Shown here in pieces: positions 1 to 11,049 of a stretch of 47,804 nt of DNA. Position numbers and translations under genes: made by a program. The stretch's first letter is position 1. Each line of letters starts with the position of its first letter. This DNA is from Octopus bimaculoides (Eukaryota). The notes beneath the pieces are model-generated. The model worked only from the letters and a program-made list of their open reading frames with translations, did no database searches and was not told the DNA's origin. The stretch spans positions 8,572,097 through 8,619,900 of the forward strand of contig NC_069001.1 of the NCBI RefSeq assembly GCF_001194135.2. The letters run 5' to 3'.

Positions 1-1445
1 TTTGTATTGACACTGGCCAACTCACACTTCACGCATGTCAGTCGTCCACAAAGTATATAAAACAAGCAACACACAAGGAGAAAGAGACAAAAATAAAATA
101 ACACGTGTCAAATTTTTTTTCTAAAAACGTTCAATGACGTTAACTGGAGTGTGGGGTTTGAGTAGACGTCATTCCACCTTTTGATTTATCATTGCCATTC
201 TTTTCATTCGATTTTATTTTTCCTCCATTTTTGTGTTTTTTCTGTCCTTGTATTGTTCCCTCTGTGTTTCGACCCTGTGTGGTTAATAAAAAAATTAAGT
301 CGTCAGGTATGTATATGTATGTGTAGATGTGTAACTATCCCGCCTTTTCTTCAGATGTTGTGTATGTAGGATATACATCATTCAAAGTGACCATTTTTAA
401 ATATTTCAATGATTAGATGCAAACCTGAGTAGAATTTGACAACTATATCTGTTGGCACTCCGTCGGTTACGACGACGAGGGTTCCAGTTGATCCGATCAA
501 CAGAACAGCCTGCTTGTGAAATTAACGTGCAAGTGGCTGAGCACTCCACAGACACGTGCAGTGTGACAAGGCTGGCCCCTTTGAAATACAGGTACAACAG
601 AAACAGGAAGAAAGGGTGAGAGAAAGTTGTGGTGAAAGAGTACAGCAGGGTTCACTGTACTCTTTCACCACAACATGGTGTACTCTGATCAGACGGGTAG
701 TCATGATGGGTGTATTGGGCTTCGTATATTTTACCCTCTGTGTCACTTTGATGGCATGCACTGCTCTCTCATACATTATGCATATATGTATAATNNNNNN
801 NNNNNNNNNNNNNNNNNNNNNNNNNNNNNNNNNNNNNNNNNNNNNNNNNNNNNNNNNNNNNNNNNNNNNNNNNNNNNNNNNNNNNNNNNNNNNNNNNNNN
901 NNNNNNNNNNNNNNNNNNNNNNNNNNNNNNNNNNNNNNNNNNNNNNNNNNNNNNNNNNNNNNNNNNNNNNNNNNNNNNNNNNNNNNNNNNNNNNNNNNNN
1001 NNNNNNNNNNNNNNNNNNNNNNNNNNNNNNNNNNNNNNNNNNNNNNNNNNNNNNNNNNNNNNNNNNNNNNNNNNNNNNNNNNNNNNNNNNNNNNNNNNNN
1101 NNNNNNNNNNNNNNNNNNNNNNNNNNNNNNNNNNNNNNNNNNNNNNNNNNNNNNNNNNNNNNNNNNNNNNNNNNNNNNNNNNNNNNNNNNNNNNNNNNNN
1201 NNNNNNNNNNNNNNNNNNNNNNNNNNNNNNNNNNNNNNNNNNNNNNNNNNNNNNNNNNNNNNNNNNNNNNNNNNNNNNNNNNNNNNNNNNNNNNNNNNNN
1301 NNNNNNNNNNNNNNNNNNNNNNNNNNNNNNNNNNNNNNNNNNNNNNNNNNNNNNNNNNNNNNNNNNNNNNNNNNNNNNNNNNNNNNNNNNNNNNNNNNNN
1401 NNNNNNNNNNNNNNNNNNNNNNNNNNNNNNNNNNNNNTAGTCCTT

Positions 1446-1761
1446 TCTCTGCGGCCATGCTGGAGCACCGCCGTAAGTCGAAAAAATCGATCCCAGGATT
1501 TATTCTTTTGTAAGCCTAGTACTTATTCTATTGTGTCTCTTTGGCCCAAGCGTTAAGTTACGGGTACGTAAACATACCAACATCGGTTATCAAGCGATGG
1601 TGGGTGAGACAGACATACATACACATACACCCCACACACACACGTACACCACCACCCCCCACACACACACAAATATGACGGGCTTCTTTCAGTTTCTATC
1701 TGACAAATCCACTCACAAGGCTTTGGTCAACCCGAGGCTATAGCAGAAGACACTTGCCCGA
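1446..1761 (-). mobile_element. SINE family A, minus copy interrupted by the plus copy
   Basis: Sequence continues at 2173-2198 (ggtgccacgcggtgggactgaacccg). Confidence 0.75.
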
Positions 1762-2172
1762 GGCGTAGGAGTAGTAAGTAGCTTGCGTACCAACCACACG
1801 GTTCCAGGTTCTGTCCAACTGTGTGGCACCTTGGCCATGTGTGTTCTACTATAACCTCGGGCCGACCAAAGCTTTGTGAGTGGATTTGGTAGACGGAAAC
1901 TGAAAGAAGCTCGTCGTATATATATACATATATATTTATATATGTATGTGTTTGTGTATATGTTTGTGTCTGTGTTTGTCCCCCAACATCGCTTGACAAC
2001 CGATGGTGGTGTGTTTACGTCCCCGTAACTTAGCGGTTCGGCAAAAGAGACCGATAGAATAAGTACTAGGCCTACAAAGAATAAGTCCTGGGGCCGATTT
2101 GCTCGACTAAAGGCGGTGCTCCTGCATGGCCGCAGTCAAATGACTGAAACAAGTAAAAGAGTAAAAGAGTAA
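1762..2172 (+). mobile_element. Octopus-type tRNA-derived SINE, family A (full copy, nested in another copy)
   Basis: Head, gcaccttgg...aagtgtcttctactatagcc body, internal microsatellite and (agtaaaag)n tail; recurs many times in the window. Confidence 0.85.
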
Positions 2173-3289
2173 GGTGCCACGCGGTGGGACTGAACCCGCG
2201 CACACATAAAATGTGTTTGTCTGTCTGTTTATGTCTGTGTGTGTCTGTGTTTCTGTGCGTATGTGTGTGTGTGTGTGTGTGTCTGTGTGCGTTCGTGTGT
2301 CTGACATTCATGTCACGCTTTAAATATATTTTTTTAATTAATTGATTTTCCTCAATATTCTCTTGAGGTAAGACAGCGAGCTGGCAGAATCGTTAGCACT
2401 TTGGCTAAAATGCAGGATGCTATTTCTTTCGCTTTTTACGCCGTGAGTTCAAATTCCGCCGAGGTCGACTTTATCTTTCATTCCGAAATCGAGGAAATAC
2501 AATACTAGCCGAGCACCGCGCTTAAAGTAATCGACGGGCACCTTCTTCTAAAAAAAATTCAGTCTTGTACCTACGATAGAAAAGATTATTCAGGTGCAGC
2601 TCTGTGAAGGCACGTGGTCAGGTGGTTACGATGTTGAACTCATGATGCGTAAATAGGGGTTTCGATTCCCGGACCAGGCAGTGCATTATTTTCTTGCGCA
2701 AAATACTTCATTTCCTGTTGTTCCAGTCCACACGGTTGTGTAAATAAGTTCGAGCAAAATCTGAGAAGTTCACCCTGCGAAGGACCGGCGTTCCGCTGAG
2801 GTTGGAGCGTCATAATCACAGACACTCATAAACTATGGAACCTCGACTAAGGTCTAGCATTTCGAGTTCTAGGATATACATCAGTCCTCAGCCGATCAAT
2901 CCTCAGCAGATCAGTCATTTCAGATGCTTACATATCTGTCTCTCCATATACCGTGCATTCTATTATTAAAACAATCTCGGTTAATTAAAAACGATGTGAT
3001 GCGATTTAATGGTGATCTAGCTGCTATTTCGAGGTCAACTGCCACATTTATTAGATTCTATTGATTAACAAGTAAATCTTGATGGAATAATTATTACGCG
3101 ACTAAAATCTCTCTTGTCGTTACTAACTCATCTATATTGTTGTTTGTTGCATTTTGGAAGGGTCACTTTGCCAATAAATTCACAAGCACTGATTAATGTT
3201 CAGTTCTCTCTAAAAACAAAATTCAAATGTAACACCTGCGATTTCCTTTATTTTTTATTTTTTGAGCAATTACACACGTTGTTTTGAGC

Positions 3290-3630
3290 CTGAGCTTGAC
3301 CATGTGCACGGACTTCCCTCACGTTAAAGAGCTTCAGATACAGGCGTAACTTGATTTTTATGTGTTGCGTGCTATGGTTAGCTAAAGTCGGGAAAGACAA
3401 ACCGCTTAGAGAAAAATCTTGGATAGAATCAAGACATTTGTTAGCGTGAGGGATGAGCTCTGCGAACAGCTGCTGCATGAAGCGATCACCATTCCTACAT
3501 CTGTGCAAAAGACTCAAAATCCGGAGCAGGACTGAAAAACTACACATGTGCTGCTCATGTTTAAGAGAATAATCAAGCAATGGCGTTGCTCGAAATCGAT
3601 TCGCAGCCATCATGTATGTATGTATGTATG
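3290..3630 (+). mobile_element. Degenerate LINE 3' end related to the one at 16318-16620
   Basis: Plus frame HSYICAKDSKSGAGLKNYTCAAH (decayed zinc finger); same terminal gcagccatc followed by (atgt)n. Confidence 0.45.
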
Positions 3631-5549
3631 TAGGTAGGTAGGTAGGTAGGTAGGTAGAACACTATGTGTGTGAGCATGCGTGTATTTCAGTTAGTATATT
3701 TCGCTTTTGTATCTATTACACTCAGATCTGTTTTCTCCTCTTCGATCTCGATCTCTCTCTCTCTTTCTCTCTCTCTCCATCATTCTGTCCTGCCTCTGTC
3801 AGAATGATTCCCATCCGAATACAAAAAACATACACCTGAACGCACACATAGAAACACACACACACACACACATGCACTCGTTCTCTCTCTCTCTCTTTCT
3901 CCCTATCTCTCGCCTTACCTCTTTCCCCCCTCTCTCTCCCCTTCTTTCCCTCACTATTTATCTTTCCCTCTCATACCTATTATACTCCTCCACCACACAG
4001 TCATTCACACACACCTACACGCACGCACACACTCATAGACCTGTGTGCGCACGCAGATACACACGCACACACACGTACACACTCACATGCACACACATAT
4101 ACACACACGTACACCTGCCCCCTCTCCCTTTCTTTCTGTCTCTCTTTCTCCCTCTCTATCTACCTATCTATCTATCTGTCATTCACTCTCGTATTTATTT
4201 TACTCCTCCACTCCGACCAAATCTATAAAAAAAATAAGCCACCTAAATACACACACACACAAGCACCTGCGTACTACCTTTTATTACTATTTTTTACCCC
4301 ATTTTATATTCTGATCATATAATAGCATTTGAACCACTCCACTTTGTTGCTAATGTGGTATTGATGAAGGAATAATGGTTGGATTATAATCTTTAAAGTA
4401 TTTCAAGAGTCTTTTACACAGAGAATAGCAAAGAAAGAAAAGCCAAGAAATATTGTTTAGTAAAATATAAATGAAAATAATAATCCGTCCCGTTGTTCTG
4501 TTGTGAAGAAGAATTCTTCTCTATAAAACCAAACAGATATTATCCTGCAATAATTATAAAACATATAAAACCATTCACCAATTTTTTTTTATTCTTCTTT
4601 TTTTTAGCTAAAAAAGATTAGCCAATTAGCAAGACTGACAAGAACACAGAAAGAATAAAAGAAAGAATTTTTGAAAAAAGAAAAAAGAAAAAGATGATAA
4701 GAAGCAACTTGTTTTGTGAGAATTCGTTTATTTTTCTATAAAGTCAAAAATCTCTTAAAAACCTTACCTTACTTTAAATACTCTTCATATTTCTTCATCT
4801 CTGTTACTGGTGGTGCTGCTGTTGTTCATGTTGTTACTGTTGTTGTTGTAGTGGTGGTGGTGGTGGTTGTTGTTGTAACTGTTTTAGGGTTGTCATAATC
4901 CATCCTTTCCTACTAGTTATCTTCATTTCACTGCTATTGCTGCTACTATTACTACTACGAAGACGACGACTACTAATTGTTGTTGTTGTTAGCTCGCTGG
5001 ACGAAATGCTTAGCGGTATTTCGCCCCTCGTTACGTTCTGAGTTCAAATTCCGCCGAGGTCGGAATGTGACAATTTTTTAGAAGAGGGACTTAGTCGATC
5101 GTCAAAAATTTTCTTTAAACATTCTGAAGGATTTTCATGTTTAATAGAAAAAATATTCTATTTTCATTTCGGATCATATTTGAAGTAGATACTAATATTA
5201 AACATCTGAGAGTTTCTACACCGAAGGAGAATTTTTTAAGATATTTCCATTTTATTTTAGAGTTTGACTCAAAGACCAAGATGGTTTCTTGTTTTTCAGA
5301 ACCGGTCCCTCAGGGAAATTACATTCAACATAGCAAACAAACAAACGTAAAAAAGTAAAAGACATTTTTGCAAACACACACACACACACATGACAGAAAA
5401 TGGAAAAAATATTTCCACAAGAAGCCGTAGCATCGCAGACAACACGTTTGACATCAACAACAGGTGACATTAATGAAGTGGCTACAAGTTCTTCGTCAAA
5501 TATAAAAAAGCGCAATCTTTCGTAAATCCATTTTTGAACAAAAAAAAGA

Positions 5550-6250
5550 TGTCTTGAATATGGAAAATTTTTCTCTAACTAAAGCCTAGCAGCGTTTTGT
5601 CTCCAAGGCCGGCACCAGTTTATCACAATCCATCAAGCAACGCGCTAGAGGACAGTAATATCTGTGCTTTGTCAAGACCCCAGGGCTTTCCTTGTTTCAT
5701 CCAAGAAAGAGTTAGAGCAAGTTTTGGCAGATATCTTATGTGACATCTGCTATATTTGAAGTAGAATGTCGTATGGCACCATATGTGTCATCTTTAAAAC
5801 GAAGGACAGTGTTTGCTACGCATATTTTTCCACATTTCATCGCTTGGACAGAGCACCAATTTAGGGTCAAGACCGACACAGAGGACTTGAATCTAGAATG
5901 TCGTCAAGTCTTCACAGCTCACTACCAGTCGGGCAATACTCCAGATGGTTGCTCTACTTTGGCATTCTACAAAGAACTAGTGACGAGCAAAACAATGAAG
6001 TTCTCAAGGAAACTTTAGACGTTGGTAAAAACCAACTGGCTGGCGTATTCGGGAAGGCTTTTAAGTCAAGGCCTATTGATAATTTCCAGGAATCCCTGGC
6101 TTGATAGCGACACCGGTGAACATTGCCGGTTCGAGATAAACTCTAGTGGCATGGAAGTGCCGTCTGCTGGCCTTGTCTGAGATGCGCGCAAAGTGTTATC
6201 GATCTCATGGATATGTCATGACTGAGTGGTAAGAATAATGTTGCTACAAT
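5550..6250 (+). mobile_element. Highly decayed gag-like ORF1 of a non-LTR element (tentative)
   Basis: Fragments in shifting frames: YGTICVIFKT, IAWTEHQFRVK and a remnant knuckle KCYRSHGY; many stops. Confidence 0.3.
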
Positions 6251-6369
6251 TGTGTTTTGCTTGTCTGGACTACATGAAACCATATACAGATAGTAGGATA
6301 GTGTTGTAGTATCCTGCTGGTTTGCAGTAGAGTTCTCAACTATTATAGATGCGTCCAGAACGAGTGGGA

Positions 6370-6756
6370 TGTTGCTTACAAACCACATGGTTCCGGGTTC
6401 TGTCCAACTGCGTGGCACCTTGGGCAAGTGTCTTCTACTATAGCCTCGGGCAGACCAAAGCCTTGTGAGTGGATTTGGTAGATGGAAACTGAAAGAAGCT
6501 CGTCGTATATATTATGTATATATATATATGTGTGTGTGTGTATGTTTGTGTGTCTGTGTTTGTCCCCCCAACATCGCTTGACAACCGATGCTGGTGTGTT
6601 TACGTCCTCATAACTTAGCGGTTCGGCAAAAGAAACCGATATAATAAGTACTAGACTTACAAAGAATAAGTCCTGGGGTCGATTTGCTCGACTAAAGGTG
6701 GTGCTCCAGCATGGCCGCAGTCAAATGACTGAAACAAGTAAAAGAGTAAAAGAGTA
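6370..6756 (+). mobile_element. SINE family A
   Basis: Near-identical to 1762-2172 and 25960-26340. Confidence 0.85.
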
Positions 6757-6980
6757 TTAGTTCTTTGAAATATGGATTTCTAATTTTTCGCACAAGGTTA
6801 ATGTATTCCTAAAAACACTATACCTGAACAAAAAGTGGAAAACACGGCGTAATGGTCACAGCTGACAGATTATATCATAGAACTTCCCAATCAGTGTCGA
6901 CCAGGGGTTAAACTATAACAGCGACGACCAGGGGTTAAACTATAACAGCGACGACGACGACAACAACTGAATGGAATCAT

Positions 6981-6986
6981 TTTATT
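6981..6986 (-). terminator. Candidate polyadenylation signal (AATAAA) of the IQCM-like gene
   Basis: Plus-strand tttatt about 230 nt beyond the stop codon. The hexamer is common in AT-rich DNA. Confidence 0.3.
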
Positions 6987-7217
6987 CATCTTAGCTTCTT
7001 TAATTTCAACAACTTGCTCTTTTCTGTATTAAAATATATTTTAGTGCATATATAGTTTTGTTAATAGAAAAAAAAAATTGAGCAATAATATTTTGGCACC
7101 TATAGACGATTAAACATAATTAAAAGTAATCAAACATGGCAAAATACGAATAATTCTTGCAATCAATGAGAAATATTGTCGAAACTGGTTTTTAGGATCT
7201 TGCAGACAGTACAGAAG

Positions 7218-7447
7218 TTACGGGTGATTGTCGCTTAATTCTGGCATCCATATTTTGTTGTTATCTTTGCGCTTCTTTTTCCGAATGTAGCTCTCTATTT
7301 CTTGCAGAGCCGTCTCAATGTCAGTCACTTTTCTGATTTCAAAAGGGTTTTCATAAAGTATTTCTATAAAACCTTCGCGTTCTATTATCGAACTGACAAC
7401 CAATCGAAGACAAGCTTTTAAGTCAGTTTTCTTCATGATGTCTTCAC
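7218..7447 (-). CDS. IQCM-like terminal exon (EDIMKKTDLKACLRLVVSSIIERE...MPELSDNHP*)
   Basis: Acceptor tgtatttgcgaacag|; phase 1; stop TAA at 7220-7218. Confidence 0.85.
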
Positions 7448-9844
7448 CTGTTCGCAAATACAAAGAAATGATTTCAAAGAGTAGAACTAAAAGAGGAACT
7501 GACAAAAAAATATGGAGCAAAATGGATTCAGAGACAGATAATGAAGGAATAGAGAGCTGGATATCTCTCAAATTGTTGTCTTAGTTTATGTTGCCCAGGC
7601 ACACCAGAAAGACCTAGTCAGGTGTCCTCTAAGACATTTTTCTCCACATCTAACACACGAAACTTTTAGCCTCACGTCCCTCTCATAGCTACGCTACAGA
7701 AGTGACGGAGAGAGAGAGAGAGAGAGAGCTACTATTGAAGACCCATAGAATAATAGTAACTGTATAATAATATATCATAATGATATATATTCTCCAATTT
7801 GAAGTGACATTTTATAAAAAATATTCACGTGCACACTGTGACACAATATGTTTTGCATCTGGTTCAGTATTTCAACAGATTATACAGAAACGTTATAAGT
7901 TTTCTGCCAGACAGAGTGTACATCTTTTTTATCTACTGGATAAGAAACTGCTTCTTCGACAACGGGTCAAAATATGTTAGTGTTGGTGATCACTTTGCCA
8001 TTTAAGCTCCAGCTATATTGAGATACTAAGAGAAATTTTCGATTAACTCTGGATATAAAGCAATGTTTATAACAAGTATTTATCTTGGGTATATTTTTAG
8101 TGTGTTCTATAGAATTTTTGTTATTGCCTCGAAGATATATTGTCAAATAATTGCCATTAGGAGGATGTGATATAATATTGCTGCAGATGGATTAAGTTAG
8201 AGAATGAGTGTGATTAATTCTATTGTTCTAACTATTAAGTTAACGATGTTTTCAACGATACTGTAATTAGTTTTTACATGGTCTTTTTTTTTTAATTTGC
8301 GGTTGTTTGAGGTTTGGGGCAAAAATTTTTGTTGAAGACATCACATTGTTAGGAAATCTCTCGTAAATTTGGAATTAATACCGTACTAAAGAGGGTTGAG
8401 ACATTATTTTTTTCTAATTTTTACTCGCCAGTGTATCATAACCTTGTATGAATAGTATATTTTCTTTGAATTCGCTATATTTTAATGCGTCATTATAGTC
8501 AGCTTTTGTGAAGCATACATACCGGAACCTGATTTACGTAAAAAGTATTTAAAATATGACAATGAAATAGCATTAATGATTAGTTATATTAGAATATCGA
8601 CTTACTTAGTAAAGACCAGGCTTCATCTCCTTCAATTATGGGTCTTATCCAGCGTGATTTCTTCATTTCCGTTAACCCAGTTCCTTTCGGTGGATAAATT
8701 GTCCACAGTACTTCCATGATGTCCACTTTACTAAACACGTTCAAGTTCCTGGGGTCTTCTAAAATGGTTTGCATAAAAAAAAATAATAAAAAAACCAGAT
8801 TCTGAATAGGAACCAAATACATAAACAATAAGGTGAGTCGCCACATCTAAGCGGCAGTTGAATGTTACTACTAGTTTAGCCCTAGGCAGATTCTCCACCA
8901 GCTGGTTTTTGTGGGGGAGGAGGGACAAACACACACACACACATATATATATATACATATATATATATATAAGACGATCTAACTTCAGTTTCCGGCCACC
9001 AAATCCACTCACACGGCTTTGGTCGGTCCGAGACTATAGTAGAAAACACTTGCCTAAGGTGCCACACAGTGGGCTTGAACCCGGAACCATGTGGCTGGGA
9101 AGCAAGCTTCTTGCCACACAGCTAGTGCAATAAATTGGCTATATTTCTACACTACGCAAAATGTTTTAATAATATCTTTTATACAATTCCTAAGAATATT
9201 TCATTTTAAATGTATGAGATGCCTTTAAGGATCGAAAGTATCCATAGAACAGCATTCTTGATTGATTCAAAAGGATCCACAGACAAAGATACGGTGGGGT
9301 TGAGAACCATTGATATATATAGGATCAAGGTTGACATGAGCTAAGCAACTACAAAATAACAACCCTTTCGTTCTTCACAAACAAAGGTCGATCAAAATCT
9401 TCCTCTCACCTGAATCATTTCTGCTTTTATTTGCAAACATATCCAACAACAGATCAGCCAGTTCTGCGATACTGTCGTAAGTTGACAACCGGAAATCATA
9501 AAGTGAATTTTTCACCACTAACTGACTATCTTCTGTTCTCACGTGTTCACCAATTCCTGTTGCGTTAAAAGAAAAAAAAAACGAGAAGCAAGAATTTGGT
9601 AATTGATTCGTAGTATAGATAACTATGTACAGCATCTAATCTTACCTTCATCTTCCTTTCAGATGAAACAGAATTATTTGGGGGAGATTTCGTTCTCATT
9701 CCTAGCAGTTTAAATCACAGTATTGCGGGTCGAATTTGCGGATCCCCATCTTTGCTAGGAGCAAAGCAGGGACCCGTTGGTAACGAATACACAGACACAC
9801 CACACACATACACAAACACACGGAAAGAGTGAAAAGGATAAATC

Positions 9845-9894
<50 letters not shown>

Positions 9895-10520
9895 CAAGCA
9901 GACAGAAAGGTGGAAAGACAGACAGACAAATGGGCGGGTGGGTAGAGACGCAGAGGACAGACAGATAGATAGATAGATAGATTGCTACATATATGTAGGT
10001 AGGTACGTACGTACGGACGTAGAGACGTAGGGAGGTATGAGGGAAAAAAGAAAAAACAGCTTAGACTGACGAACAAAAGTCCGATCTTTTCATCAGTTGT
10101 CAACGATTGTTTCGTTACTTACCTATAAGGTATATCTCTGTCCCCTCATGCCTAAGATTCGCTGACTCCAAATGAACTCTTCTACGGTGCAAGGCTTGAC
10201 CACCGGTCAGTAATACACACGCTTTTTGACACCAAGGTCGGGTGTGTATCTAGAAGAAAACAGGCACAGATATAGCAGAGATGTATACTTATACACACAC
10301 ATCATAAAAACATACAGGTATATATATATATAAGAATTTAAGGAATGGAGCCATTCCTTAAATTCTTAAATATACTCAAATACCCAAAATTTCAAGGAGT
10401 TCCTGCCTTAAAAACAGGAACTAAACCACAGTTATTTTGTGTTCCTCGTTACATTGGTTTCTATTAACCCATTTATTCTATCAGAAGAATTTTTATTTAT
10501 TAAGATAGAAGAAATACACA

Positions 10521-10556
<36 letters not shown>

Positions 10557-11011
10557 NNNNNNNNNNNNNNNNNNNNNNNNNNNNNNNNNNNNNNNNNNNN
10601 NNNNNNNNNNNNNNNNNNNNNNNNNNNNNNNNNNNNNNNNNNNNNNNNNNNNNNNNNNNNNNNNNNNNNNNNNNNNNNNNNNNNNNNNNNNNNNNNNNNN
10701 NNNNNNNNNNNNNNNNNNNNNNNNNNNNNNNNNNNNNNNNNNNNNNNNNNNNNNNNNNNNNNNNNNNNNNNNNNNNNNNNNNNNNNNNNNNNNNNNNNNN
10801 NNNNNNNNNNNNNNNNNNNNNNNNNNNNNNNNNNNNNNNNNNNNNNNNNNNNNNNNNNNNNNNNNNNNNNNNNNNNNNNNNNNNNNNNNNNNNNNNNNNN
10901 NNNNNNNNNNNNNNNNNNNNNNNNNNNNNNNNNNNNNNNNNNNNNNNNNNNNNNNNNNNNNNNNNNNNNNNNNNNNNNNNNNNNNNNNNNNNNNNNNNNN
11001 NNNNNNNNNNN

Positions 11012-11049
<38 letters not shown>

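Noticed and set aside
3707-4314. THTHT, YIYIY and LSLSL-type ORFs here and throughout
   Set aside because: Translations of AC, AT and CT microsatellites.
4450-4800. Two-exon mini-gene MKKYEEYLK-IISVWF... on the minus strand
   Set aside because: Only 38 aa, no recognisable motif, low-complexity context.
6896-6955. Two copies of a 26-bp unit (gaccaggggttaaactataacagcga-like)
   Set aside because: Simple slippage duplication at the tail of a repeat.
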